Source: Harriotta raleighana
Taxonomy: Eukaryota
Assembly (NCBI GenBank): GCA_050575255.1
Contig: JBNZDD010013657.1
Coordinates: forward strand, 2,917,830-2,979,955
DNA length: 62,126 bases
Direction: 5' to 3'
Shown one piece after another: positions 26,373-39,249 of this stretch. Under the pieces are notes generated by a model, which searched no databases, was not told the DNA's origin, and saw nothing but the letters and a program-made list of their open reading frames with translations. Each line of letters begins with the position of its first letter. Position 1 is the stretch's first letter. The translations under genes were made by a program, and so were the position numbers.

Positions 26373-26453
26373 CTCAAACAAGTGGATGTTTCTCCAGTGA
26401 GTTTGGAACACTGATATTCCACGGTGACGATATGGTTCTCTGAACACCATTCA
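26373..26453 (-). CDS. CCBE1: CCBE1-like coding exon 2: (S)EWCSENHIVTVEYQCSKLTGETSTCL(R)
   Basis: Acceptor ATTTTAG|TGAATG and donor TTTGAG|GTAAGG; 81 nt, phase 2-2. The peptide aligns without gaps to human CCBE1 [28 protein letters not shown] (recalled): 14/28 identical, all three Cys kept, same exon length. Confidence 0.9.
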
Positions 26454-26975
26454 CTAAAATCATGTCAAATTCAAAATGAACAAAAACACACACACACATC
26501 AGCCACCGCAAATTGAACACAGTTGTGCAACAACACATTACAACACACTGCAAGTTAACCATTGTAAAGTACTTAATACTTTGCATAAAATGCTAACAAT
26601 CAGTCATTATTCTCTTAAGCCCAGGGGAAGTGATTTGGGTGGGTGGGTNGTACTTAATACTTTGCATAAAATGCTAACAATCAGTCATTATTCTCTTAAA
26701 CCCAGGGGAAGTGATTTAGGTGGGTAGTGGATGGGTAGGGGGAGGCTGTTTTAGGCAATAATAGAGATTCTAAAGAGAATTGACATCGTTTGAATCACAC
26801 AATTTCAAGCCATGTACGAGAAAGCTGTGTTAATGTGTCCCAACGAGATGTGTTCATAAAACACAGAGCAGTCCCTGCAATGAGTTTAAGGTCTCCCCGT
26901 GTTCTTTTAAGCCCCAGATCCTAAAGTTAAGGCGAGTTGAGATGACAACAGTCAGTAAATAACGCGCAGTCCTAC

Positions 26976-27079
26976 CTTTCGAAATCTTCTCGACTTGCTT
27001 TGAAGATGAAAGCGAAGGAACATGTTGATGAGAGCAAAGTGAACGCCAAGATGATTGGAGCTCTCGCTTGAGGCTGCAT
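26976..27079 (-). CDS. CCBE1: CCBE1-like (collagen and calcium-binding EGF domain protein family), coding exon 1: MQPQARAPIILAFTLLSSTCSFAFIFKASREDFE; signal peptide
   Basis: ATG at 27079 with A at -3 (GGAAAATGC). Hydrophobic signal-peptide core IILAFTLLSSTCSFA. Ends at a phase-2 donor GAAAG|GTAGGA. Splices in frame to the 81-nt exon at 26453. Ortholog versus paralog is unresolved. Confidence 0.85.
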
Positions 27080-27490
27080 TTTCCTCTCCCTTTCTCTCTC
27101 TCTCTCTTTCCTTCCTGACTCCAAAGGATTTGTCCAGTTGAAAGATACCAGTGGCCGATGCAATCTTATCCCCCCTCCTCTCTTCTCTCCCCTCTCTCTG
27201 TGTGTGTGCGAGTTTGCTTGCTGGAGTGAGCAGCGGGGAGAGAGAGACTGACGAGGCGAGTTCAGTGCTTTGGAGACGAGTGTGTTCTCCCCACTGGGGT
27301 TTGCTCTGCAAGTGTTGTGTAAAGCCAGCGACTGACTGCCCTTCTTCACAGCCTCCCAGGAAATCCAGCATCGCCTTTAATCCACATGTATTTCCCAATC
27401 CAGGGCTCCCAAGTCACAGCCCCGACCCAGCCTTCAGCCAATAAATCAACTCTATTATTTTTTTCACCCCCCCCCCAACCCGCCAATTAA
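27080..27490 (-). promoter_or_regulatory. 5' UTR and proximal promoter of the CCBE1-like gene
   Basis: Locally CpG-richer. GA-repeat-rich leader directly upstream of the ATG with no upstream ATG until 27371. CCAAT pentamers at 27395, 27438 and 27483. Confidence 0.55.
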
Positions 27491-28384
27491 AAAAAACTGG
27501 GATCATTTCAATATATGAACAAGTAAATAAAGGTAAAACAATGAAAGATTTAAGGCTGTAGATTTCAACACAAAGGGGGTCAAAAAGAACCACTGATGGG
27601 GAAGTCGTGAGTTCAAATACTTTCCACAGTGACTCTCTCCTTCCAAGCATTAATAGAGAGCCCCTTCTACCCTCAGAGTCTAGCAAACGTGTTATCTTTG
27701 AGATCAGTGGTCAACCAGGTAAGTTATAGCAAGTACAGAGGTGGAGTGTGTGTTTGTCAACTTGTAACTAGGTATAACTCGACCCCATGCTGTAAAGGTC
27801 TAGTTAGCACTAATGTATGAAACCTTCCAAGCTTCCAGCCATTTTAACCTTCCAATGCACAGTGTTGGGCATGGGATGTGACTCTACAGGTCAGTTGGAC
27901 AGAGTCCTGGCTGGAGACAACTTCAAAACGCCTCTTACACTAACTGAGCCACACAGGCTGATGTTTTCATCCTTCTGGAGTAGCGTAACCAGAGGTGGAC
28001 GAGAGCCACAACTCAAAAGGTAGGAAAAAAACGTATTTCATGGCTGATTTTTTTTGCTACTGCTGCGGATTTTCTTTCCAATGGTTGACTTGAATGATTC
28101 CAGTCAATTCACTGATTGTTCTGGTTAGGGGGACAGTTTTCCTTGCACATGTGTTAGATGTGGGGTGTGTTCTTTGCAGTCTGTCAGACCAGTGTAAACT
28201 GCCCATAGAAGCTGAGATTGGGAGATCACAAGAGAGAAAAGAGGAAGAAAACTGTTCTATGCATCTGACCTTCTCCTCACCTAGTCATTTCAGTGCAATA
28301 TCAAACTGTTTCTTAAATTAACCCCATATTCTGGTCTTGAGCGCCTTGTGATGGGCACCTGATGCTGTAGAAATGCAATTTGAT

Positions 28385-28760
28385 TAATACTAGCAATCCT
28401 TTCCTTTGATATTGTGTCTTATCACATTGATGTGGCATCTCAAAGCGTTTCACAGAATATACTGTAAAGTGAATGGACTGCTCCGGGACGCTACACTACC
28501 TTGAAGAGTGCTGTATAAATCCAAGTTGTTGTTGAAGCTAACTGTATATTTTGTCGGTGAATCACGTACAGTATCGTGTCACAAACGCTCGGGAATTGAG
28601 TGACTACATTTTTATTGTGAGGGGAAGAGGGATTATTACTCCCAGAAAAGAATCCATGATTCGACTTAACAACCAGGTTCCTATTGACTGTTAGGTAAAC
28701 AGAGGTGTTTGCAGGAACGCTAATAGTACCCAGGTAACCCTTGCTTGCGAGTACTCCGAA
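28385..28760 (-). mobile_element. Young SINE long variant, interrupted by an L2 tail (~28490-28535)
   Basis: Antisense SINE tail and core with a plus-strand L2 tail (GTGCTGTATAAATCCAAGTTGTTGTT) in between. Confidence 0.6.
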
Positions 28761-29267
28761 CAATATTGACTTTGTTTTTGATAATTATCAAGAGATAATT
28801 ATTTGGTGTGAAGAAATGCCTGTGCTACCTTGTGTTTGACCTGAAATTGGTCTTCACAACCTTGAGTCCTTTCGCCCTGATGCCTTGTGGTGTATGTGAG
28901 TAAGTTGTGGCTATATTGCCTACTAAACAGTGACTACTCTTGACATACTTACTGTGAAGTATTGTGAAACATTGTAGAGCCTATAAAAATGCCTTTTTTT
29001 CTCTCAGTATTTAGGATTTACTTTCTGGGTCCTATTTAGAACCTTGTACACATCTATAGATCCTGAGATCTTTTAAACCTGCACAGACAGGTACATTTCA
29101 GCATTAGAATGCCACACACACACACAAGAGATAGTGCTCCCTCTTTTCTTAGAAGGTTTCAAGAGACAGAAGGAACTGAGGCTTAGCAGTTAGCAGATAC
29201 AATCAATTCACTTTACAGTATATTCTGTGAAACGCTTTGAGATGTCTCAAATACATGACAAAGACAC

Positions 29268-29525
29268 TCGGTGGTTAGAGCACTCACTTTTCAAGTGAGA
29301 GATTGGTTCGATTCCAGTCAGGGCAAGCATAATAATCCCTCAAAAAAAGGAAATTGGTCATTTCAATCCACGACTGCATGTGGGACACTGCTGTGCATAA
29401 TTGGCTGCTGCATTTCGCCTACAATTATACAGTCAATTCACTTTACAGTATACAGTATTCTGCGGAGCGCTTTGAGACGGCTAGTAGATGTGAAACTACA
29501 TCAAATGCAAGGATTATTATTATGA
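29268..29525 (+). mobile_element. Young SINE, internally deleted, preceded by a separate tail fragment (29200-29260)
   Basis: GGTGGTTAGAGCAC head, GTTCGATTCC B box, core and (TAT)n end. Confidence 0.8.
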
Positions 29526-30214
29526 TTACTTTCATGTTTGTCATGTTGTGGACGATTGCACTTGTGCTGCATCCAGCAACTAAATGGTTAAAACAACATG
29601 TTAACTTTACTTCTGTCCTTTATTTTCAGTTTGTTGTGGCACAGAGAGATAGACTTATGATCCAACTCCGGCAGTCCAATGGTCAGTATATGACTTATCA
29701 TTATTAATGCACAGAGGAATCCTTCCTGCTTTACTCTCACTGGTTACTTTTGCTACTGGAAACCTAGGCAGCTGCCTGGAGCAGTAAATTTCCGGAAGAA
29801 ACTATATTTTTTTCAATGCTCGACTGGTTCAAATTGACATGGGCGGGGCTGCAGTGTGTTCGACTAATTGAGTGCGGCCTCTAGGCGTTTTAAGATAGAT
29901 TTGTTTCTCTTAAGCTAAAGTTAAACCTATCGAACTTCTAACGGACTGATGTCGAGTGGGGGGGTGTCACAGTGAAGTTTTGCCAAGGGGGGCAGATTGT
30001 CTTCAGGGGTTTCTGCAAACTCTGATGGGTTTAATAGTAAATTGGAAGAAACATAGCAAAGATTTGGAACAGGCTGATCTGGAGTTTTACAGTACAGTAT
30101 AAGCAGAACTATCCATTTCAGTGTAATTTTAAAATTGTTTCCATAAAAGTCTTATAGGGCACACTATGACATTCCTATAAAGGAAAACATGGGATTAAGA
30201 GATAAAAACTGGTT

Positions 30215-30725
30215 CGACCCATAGCTTTCCGTCCTCTCCCACATCCAGTCCCTGACCAGGACTGCCCTCTGCCATATTGCATGCCTCTAGCTGTACCTTA
30301 ACCCAAATGAGGCTGAAGCCCTGGTGTTTGCATTTGTTACTTCGCACTCGGATTATTCAAACGCACTCCTCACTGGTCTCCCCAGCTCCTCCATTCAAAA
30401 GATCCGGCTCTTTTCGAAACTCTGCCGCCCGCATACTGACTCGGACCAAACTCTGTACTCGCCTCTCACCAGTTCTGGCCAGGCTCCACAAGCTCCCCAT
30501 CACCGAACGGATTGGCTTCAAGATCATCACACTCGTGTTCAAATCCATTGACTTTCTGGCACTTCCCTACCTCTCCAGACACTTCATTCCCCAATCCACC
30601 ACATGACGCTTCCGCTCGACTGGCACCGGCCTCCTGCTCGTCCCTCGTACAGAGCCAAGCCTCCGCCAAGCCAATTGGATTTCTCACTTTCAGCCATAAC
30701 ACTCTGGAACATTCTCCCTTTGGAA
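30215..30725 (+). mobile_element. L2 LINE ORF2 C-terminal fragment
   Basis: Frames give AFVTSHSDYSNALLTGLP and SAARILTRTK..LSPVLARLHKLPITERIGFKI, typical of the L2 ORF2 C-terminus. Confidence 0.88.
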
Positions 30726-30959
30726 CTATCTCTATCTATTTGTGCTCAATTGGCTGCCGTGTTTTGACCACCAATATACAATCATTCTGTGAAGCCTTTG
30801 AGACATCTTGAAGCCATGAAAAGCATTATATCAAATGCAAGGACTATAATTATTATTTACAGTGTATTCTGTGAAGCGCTTTGAGACATCCTGAAGATGT
30901 GAAAAGCACTATACCAAATGCAATGATGATTATTATCTCCCGTCCCCAAACCTCGGCGA

Positions 30960-31240
30960 CACAGGTTCAAGTCCATGCACTCACTGCATTAGCTGATCTC
31001 GGGTGGGACGTTCAATTGACCTCTGTACCTCTGAATGGGTGGAAAAATCAGCCAGGGTTCTGCTCCTGTTCCCTACCCAGGGATCCCTGTCGGAAAGTGT
31101 GCATGTATTAGAGGAATAAGGAGAATATTTGGCTAGTCTGCAATGTTCTCTGTGTTGATCTTCACACAGCCACTCTGGTACAGTATAGAAAGGCAATTGG
31201 CGCCTGTGGAATTATAATAATAATAATCTTGTGGAATTAT
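30960..31240 (+). mobile_element. Ancient SINE-like repeat, family name uncertain (related pieces at ~740-880, 22240-22400, 49300-49420)
   Basis: TTAGCTGATCTC...GGAAAAATCAGCCAGGGTTCTGCTCCTG...GGAAAGTGTGCATGT; pieces recur elsewhere in the window and resemble a recalled ancient vertebrate SINE. Confidence 0.45.
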
Positions 31241-31585
31241 ATATCAATCACAGAACAGAGAGTCATAAATTTGCAGGAGAAAAATTAATTTGGTCCTTTT
31301 TAACAGCACTTTAAAAGGCAAATATATAATAATTGCCATTGTTTAGAACTTTGTTCAAAGTGAGCCAATGAGTTAAAAGTATTGAATTTCACTATCCAGT
31401 CATTAAACATAAGCGGTTACTTCCTCACAATCACTGTTTGCTTTCACCAAACTACTCCTGTTGTCTACACATTTCCGATTGCTTTTGTCTCTATTTAATT
31501 CTATGGTGTTGCCCACGGATGTAAATTAAATTGCATGTGGTTTCAAACTGCAGCATTTCAAACTGCTACAGGATTCCCATTATCT

Positions 31586-31940
31586 TGTAATAATAATCCT
31601 TGCATTTGATTTAGTGCGTTATTACATCTTCGAGATGTCTCAAAGCGTTTCACGAATTATACTGTAAAGTGAATTGACTGTATATTTGTGGGCAAAACAT
31701 GGTAGTCATTTGCACACAGCAGTGTCCCACAAACAGTCGTGGATTGAAATGACCAATTTCTTTTGAATGAATGAATTATTAGCCGGGAAAAGTGAACCAC
31801 CAATCAACTAACTACTTACTGCTGGTGAACACAGGCATGTGTATGGAGTGAGGAAACTTGCCTAAATTTGCGCCCTACCGGGAATCAAACTTAAGTCTTC
31901 TCATTTGCAAGGTGAGTACTCAAACCACTGAACTACAGAA
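31586..31940 (-). mobile_element. Young SINE, long-spacer variant, full length
   Basis: Antisense head, extra internal block, core and (ATA)n end. Confidence 0.85.
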
Positions 31941-32025
31941 ATTTAGTCTTCAACTAAATAGGTTACAGTATTCAGCGCAAATCAGCAATAAGAAGAATGA
32001 ATTGTGAATCATTATTTGCATAGGA

Positions 32026-32340
32026 AAAACAACAACAAAATTACATTTATATAGCACCTTTCATGTCAGGAGGACATCCCAAGGCACTGGACAGTTTACT
32101 GTTTCAGATCCGAGCTGAGGACGGTAGTGGGGGTGGTGGGGGGCAGGCAGGAGTTGCTGATAAGACCATTGAAGAGGACAGTCTATAGACGAGATTTGAA
32201 GGAGGCCAGGGAGGGTGCGAGGCAGAAGCACTTTGGGATGGAGTTCCAGAGGTTGGGTGCAGAGTGACTGAAGGCTCGCCCACCAATGGTTGGGCGGATG
32301 GGTCAGGGGACATGGAGCAGGCCAAAGCCTGCTGAGCGGA
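32026..32340 (-). mobile_element. L2 LINE 3' fragment
   Basis: (CAA)n, reverse stem-loop tail, and GGAGTTCCAGAG...GAAGGCTCGCCCACCAATGG. Confidence 0.85.
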
Positions 32341-32587
32341 GACTGCCGAAATTAAACCTATCAAACAATAATAGAAAGTCACAAGGTACATCAGGAGCCA
32401 TGACCTCCACTTATCATCCAGTTGAGACTTCCAGGAAAGAGATGGAAAGTATTGCATTAATCTGTGCAAAGCACGGAGTTTTTATCTTTCTAAGCAGTCT
32501 GTTCACAAGGCAATTTTTCCCAAAGGATGTTTAATACTTGGGTGAAAATAGCTGTGCACAAATAGATTTAAAATATCACTATTGTGA

Positions 32588-32945
32588 AGTCTGTAGCTCA
32601 GTGGTTAGAGCATTCACCTAGCAAGCGAGATACCTGGGCTTGATTCCTGGCAGGAGGCCAGAGAGGCTGCGAGGCAGAGGCACTTCGGATGGAGTTCCAG
32701 AGATTGGGGGCAGAGTGACTGAAGGAGTGACTGAAGAGTTTCCTTACTCCACATGCCTGATAATAATCCCTCAGAAAACAAACAACAATAATTTGATTAC
32801 TCAATGCACGACTGTTTGTGGGACACTGCTGTTTGCAATTGGCTGTCGCATTTCACCCACAAACTTACAGTATTTTCTGTGAAGTATTTTGAGACATCTA
32901 GAAGATGGGAAAAACGCTCTATCAAATGCAAGGATTCTAATTATT
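32588..32945 (+). mobile_element. Young SINE carrying an L2-derived patch (32653-32736)
   Basis: SINE head, then ~84 bp of antisense L2, then the SINE resumes at AGTTTCCTTACTCC. Confidence 0.82.
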
Positions 32946-33944
32946 ATCTGTCATCTGAAAACCAAAATCATGCATTTTTATTCAATAGTACCGGTGGGCG
33001 ATACTTTGAATATCATCCAACCAAACAGTAACTGAGCACATACTTTATAGACTGGTTGAACTTGTAGTCTGTTAGTTTAAAATTCTGTGGGGAAATGTGT
33101 TGTGTATGACAATTATCACATCACATACTGCAAATTAACCCTTTTGTTTGACTAAAATATTCTCCACTTATTAAAAAAAAAGATTGCAATAGAATAATGG
33201 TACAAAAATCACATATGGCACTAGACTTTATTTCTTCATGTTGGATTTTAATCAGAGTCCATGAGAAATGATTAATTTGCGGTAAAAATAATACCGATAA
33301 CAATCCTTGCATTTAATGAAATTTAAGTAGTTTAAAGTTTTTGGAACTACAATCATCCTTGAAGTGTTTGATGAAACAACACAAGCTGCATTTAAATAGA
33401 TCAGAATAGCAGTATTTTTGCTCATGTGATCCCCTAGTGAATGCAACTGTGCTGAAATGAGTTCTGTCTTCTCTCCAACTGAGACTTTAATTATTTGTAA
33501 CAGAATCCCGCCACAGGTTCAGATCAACTCTCAACTTTCCCACCACTGTAAACTGCAGGACACTTTCCTAATGGAATTACTCTGAGGAAGTGTTCAGTTG
33601 AAGACCACCTACTAAACGGACAAGGTCAACTTTTGTCCCAGTCTCGCAATGGTGCCAAACATTAGGAGCCATTCATTACTTTTAGCGAAGGTGAAGAAAA
33701 CATCAGAAAATGCACTGGAAAAGAGTGTTACACTTTTTTATGTTATTAAAGTAAAATATTAAAGTCAAGAATTGCTTAAGCTTAGTAAATGTGGAAAATG
33801 AATAGCTGCTTTCCCACAGATCTTAAAAAGAATCCAGCTTCCTATTTAAGATCGAATTTAAGATTTATCACTTAAGTTTATACTACTCTGAATGTTTAAG
33901 ACCAAAAAGCCTTAATGGCTAAGGCTGGGTGGAATTTCGGGCTT

Positions 33945-34281
33945 TAATAATAATAATAATCCTTGCATTTGATATAGCGCTTTTCACATCTTATCAACGT
34001 CCCAAAGCGCTTCACAGAATATACTGTAACATGAATTGACTGTATATTTGTGGGCGGAATGCGGCAGCCAATTGCGCACAGCAGTGTCCCACAAACAGTC
34101 GTGGATTGAAATGACCAATTTTATTATTGTAGTATTTTTGGAGGGATGTGGAGGGATGTAAGCATGTGGAGTAAGGAAACTTGCCCAAGGTTTCGCCCTG
34201 ATCTGCCTGGATTCGAACACAGGTCTCATGCTTGTAAGGCATGTAAGGCGAGTGCTCTAACCACTGAGCCACAGGAACTCC
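33945..34281 (-). mobile_element. Young SINE, full length, CpG-rich (little decayed)
   Basis: Complete antisense copy with intact A and B boxes and a short tandem duplication (TGTAAGGCA TGTAAGGCG) in the anticodon-like region. Confidence 0.92.
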
Positions 34282-37200
34282 GAGCTTTGCATTTCGTCTA
34301 AGCACATGGTGTTCAATTCTAATATCCAGTTCATATCACATGATACAACAATGAGTTGTTTAAATTATGTAATTCAATTCTTTCACTAACTGCTCACTGT
34401 TGTCTTGGAAGTCCATCCCACAAACCCATCCCTTAATTTCAACCTTGTCTTTAGCCGCCCATCCTCGCTCTCTGGGCTCCCTTATGCCAATCTTGCACCC
34501 CCCTCCTTCCCCTTATGCTCAGATCCTGACTGTTCAGTGTCTTGGGATGTCCTCCCGACATGAAAAAATACAATTTGTTGTTGTTGTATTCACATTCACA
34601 AATAGAAAACAAAACAAAAATGAAAGAACCCTCAGAACCAGCCCCACCTACCTATAATACCTGATTTATGATACTGTTTTCACAGTTTTTCATTATCAAG
34701 CATTCAGAGAGATGCTGCCCTGCATGAAGGGCACCATATAAATTCAACTTGTTTTTGTGAATAAAATTACAGTATTCACACTCTTTGAATCTCTACCCTG
34801 TCAGTCAGAGGAGAATTCAAGTCTGTTTGTTTAAAGTACTTCCATTAGAAATATAGGACAGAAACATTGAGATCTAATTTGCAAAATTAATGTATTCCTT
34901 TATAAGGAATCTTGTTACAAATCCTATTGACCTATGAAAATTCTGCTGCAGGCATGTTTTGTATGTTTGATTGATTATCTTCCCGTTTTTCAATATTGTA
35001 AAGAAAATGTACCTTTATTTTTGGCTTCTTTACTTGAAAGAGTGTCTGAAAAGTATCTGCAGGGATCATTTATTGTTTAAAGACCAGCACACGTTTGGTA
35101 AGTGTGTTCGAGCAGCAGTTTATTCCTGATGCTGTAACACACAATTCATAAAACCACTTATAAAACACACAGAACTTGTCTCTATCTTAGTGCTTAAAAA
35201 TCTGTAAGCTCAAAAGGTTGAACTCAACATAGGAACATAACAGTTGCTTAGAAAAAAGAAGATAAAAGGTCCATCTAGTTCGCCTTCCATCATCCTGGCC
35301 GTTGCATGCAAATGTCATGCCCCAAACAATACACTGTACTTGGGAGATATTATTTGCTAACAGAAATCTGTCTAATTTGTTCTTGAAAGCATTTTTGTTC
35401 CAACAGATGTTCCCATAGTAACAGCATTGGTTTTGCTCCCCATGCTCTCGGTACTTGTGTTTTTATTTCAGATTTTTTTTTTGCTGTTGACTGCTCTTTA
35501 CCATACCACGGCGATTTCCTGCTTTCTCCAGTGATCACCAGGGTAGGCCACAGCTGAAGCCTCTGCTCCTCTTAGTGTTGCAAAACCTTTCAGTTAACTT
35601 CAGTGAACCAAATGTAGTGTTAAATCCTCAAGGACTTAGCGCCACCTGTATTCAAACATATGTGTAAGAAAAAGTCTGAGCCATAAAATTTATCCATTGG
35701 GTTCTGTCATTGCTTTGACAGCTAAAAACAGGAATTTTTTGTTGATTTGTTTTATATTGAAAAGGATGCTGGATGAGGTTTAGCAGCAATGCTGTGTGCA
35801 ATTGGCTGCTGTATTTCGCCCAGATATATAGTCAGTTCAGTTCATAGTATATTCCGTGAAGCGCTTTGAGATGTCTAGAAGACATGCAAAGTGCTAGGCT
35901 AGGTCAAATGCAAGCATTATTATTATTAACAACAACAAATTTTAATTGTATTGCGCCTTTCACATCGCAGACAGGGATTTGGATATGAGTAGGGGCTTGA
36001 GATCAGGAGGGGGTAGAGGGTGCGGAGGGGAGGGGTAGGAGGGTCACTGAAGGTGAGGTCAAAGTGGAAGGTCTTGAGACGGCTTGATGTCTACATCCCT
36101 CAATAGAGAAATAGCAGTCGACATATAACAGATTCCATTGTATCGGTGGTATAAAGCCAGGCACTGTTCATTTGTCACACAGCAAATGTCTAAAACAGGC
36201 ATGTAAAGTGAATCTGTGCAGCAAATTAGTGTTGATTGTGCCACCAACAAAGTCTTACTAACAAAAGAAGAATACAATCTACTGAGTATGACATTTTGAG
36301 CGAACAATATGTGAATGAATGATGTTTATTGATAATATCCTGTATTTATAATTAGGTCCTTACATACAAAATGAATGTCTCAATTACCAACCCTAAATGA
36401 TTAGAAATTAAACATTGCACAGGCAAATGCGGCAGCTAATTGGCTCCAGCAACATCCCATAATGAACAATGGGAGGAGCAGTTAATTCATTGTTGGTTCG
36501 GGGAATACATATGGATTAGGAAGAAACTATAAACCAGGATAACTGGAAATAAGACTCCATCGTAACAGTTTGTTAATAATAATAATTATGGCATTGGGTA
36601 CAGTTTTTTCATATCACTTGACACTTCAAAGATTTGCTGTAAAGTGAAGCGAGTCTGGAATTTTGCAGTCTGAAATAGGAAAGATAATAACAATTATTAT
36701 GGCTTCTGATTTTTACTCAAAATAAATCAGTAGTTGGACAGGTATATTGCAATGGCATTTACCTTGATAACCAGTGATTTATCCCTGGCCACACCATCAG
36801 CCCACAGTGCTCTCTAGATCTGTGCCCGATTGCAAAAATTATGCCCTGATTATGCCTTCAAGCAGTCCAACCTGTCTGCATTCCCCCAAACATTGACTCA
36901 TAACAAGAGGAGACATACATACTAAAGAATCCTGGGGTAATCAGTGTCAGTCCAATTCACTCTTGCTGTCAGACGAGGGTAGCTAGCTTCCCCGAGTATG
37001 TAATCACTGCTCATTCTTCAAATACATGATTTAACAGGGTTGGGACGGGGGGGGGGAAGCAAGTTTAAGTTCATTTATTTCTTCACTTCACTTTTAAATT
37101 GACTTTTGTGGAAATGCTTTTGATATGTGTAATATTCTAAAGTTCTAAAATGCCTCCTAATGTGTACAGTATAATGTCTGCTCTACTGATATTCCACGCT

Positions 37201-39249
37201 GAGACTTCAATGAATACCCAATAGAGCGCATAAAATATAAATCTGCAACTTCAGGCAATTGAAAACAATCCAATACAATTTGTGGGCAATTGAAGTAAGA
37301 AATTAAATTCTGGCATTGCAATATGATTGGTGGCAAGCTCGAGAGATTCAGAATGTAAAACATATAAATGAGAAACAATGATACAATTAATGAGATAACA
37401 GCTCCTTGAATTGGGTATAACTGGTAGCTGGTTTGGTGGAAGACAAGCAAAGTTTATTTTCTGGTCAAGTTGTCTGTATAAAAAATGTTTGTGCTCATGT
37501 GTGCTTCTATGGAGGAGGTGGATTATAAGTATTTGCAATTATTAAATAGTTTTCATTGAACCTTTTATTGAACTTCGCTGCTTGTTAGAATACTTCTATC
37601 TTTTCTGTTGGCTCTGGAAAAGTGCTTTTCATTAACAAAAGTCAGTTGCCTTTGTTTGATCCTGATATCTTCTTGGGGAAATGAGCAGAATTGTTCTCGT
37701 CAGTGGTGCAGTTGTGCAAATAGCAATAATAATAATCATTGCATTTGATATGAAGCATGATCAGGTCGTTGAAATGTCTCAGTGTGTTTCACAGAATATA
37801 TTATAAAATGGATTGTCTGTGTATTTTGTGGCTGAAATGGTGGATGGGAAATCATCGCAAAAAAGGTTTGGAAAATAGTGGGTTAACAACAACAATAAAA
37901 TTACACTTGTACAGCACCTTTCATGTCAGGAGAGTTAAGCAGGTGTTTGACAATTAATGTGCATCTTGAAAGTCAAAGAACTACTGTACTTGTTAGATTT
38001 GGCAAACTATTTGCGTATACCTAAAGATTTCCCTTTTCGGAACAAGAGCAGTGGGAAAGGTGCTAGACAAATGTAATTTTGTTGTTGTTTCCTTCAGAAA
38101 ATTGTTAGAAAATGTCATAAGAACCAGTAGGTGTCGCTATCACATTGACATTAGATTACAGTTACCACACCTGTGGAAGTAGCCTGGAGCCAGTTGTTTA
38201 TGTTTAGTGTATGTATATGTTTATTATTTGAAGAAAATTCAAATATCCTACATGGCCTCCCGGCGTTCCCTCCCCCAAAAAACGTCAAAGACTTTTGTGC
38301 CCTCGATCTGGGGAGGCCTGAACTGAATCAAGAGAATAGTCCGATTCCTGAGGGATCCAGCTAGTTACTCCACAATATTATAATAGCTAATAACATCTGT
38401 TAAAATATAACACACTCTGACATTTACTGCTTAATTTCAAGTCATAAACCATAATCTGAATTCCCTTATATGTAATTACTGCAGATTGGTTCTTCCACCA
38501 GCATTGAGGAAAGGGCATGTAAATGAAAGGATTGCACAGATAAAATGGGCCAAGTGGGCTTCATCTGAGCTGCAAATTTATATGGCTCTATGAATCTAGT
38601 TTAATTTTGCTGCTTTCAAAAAAATCTATGGTATACACATGCTTTTTGTCAACAATTAGCAAACAGCAAGTGCACAACTGCACAGTGCAGTAGAGTTACT
38701 ATTGACTACTACTTTCTTACGTTATATTTTTCAACCATAGTAATTTCGGGGGATGCTATCTTCGCCACACAAACCTTTATCTAGGGGATTTAAAACTATT
38801 TCTCCCAAGATTAAACTGCAGGAATATGGAGAAGCAGAAGTAGTAAGAGCCACACCTCTCCATGACAAACCTAATGATTGGCCGGCTTTGAGGAGCACAT
38901 GATGATACTTTGTAAGCAACTTCTCCAACTAAACCTCAAGACTCAGAACTCTTCACCAATAGTCTGCTTAACCACAACAGGATAGTCATGGATAAAGAAG
39001 AGTAAGGCTTTGTGGCTTTAAGGTCCCCAATGACAATTCATTGGGACATCCTCCCGACGTGAAAAGCACTCTATAAATGTAATTTTGTTGTTATTGTCTA
39101 ATTAATTTAATAAACATGTACAGTGTGCAATGGATATTTTTGATACCACTTTTCCTCATGGATATGAAGACTCTACATTTTGGGTTCCAATGGTATCCTT
39201 CCCTCCCCTTGCCCGCCAGCACCATAAATTATATGGAAGAGCCTCTGTC

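Noticed and set aside
1745-26725. Seven apparent tandem duplications of ~80-280 bp, each split by a single N (1865, 6631, 7056, 18018, 18456, 18809, 26649)
   Set aside because: Every junction is an N and the copies are identical or differ by a few SNPs/indels. This is the signature of unmerged overlapping contig ends or haplotypes in scaffolding, not real repeats or a CRISPR-like array.
26952-27444. Overlapping 148-, 125- and 97-aa ORFs at the CCBE1-like 5' end
   Set aside because: Open because of GA-rich low-complexity UTR sequence; only the portion from the ATG at 27079 is supported by a signal peptide and splicing.
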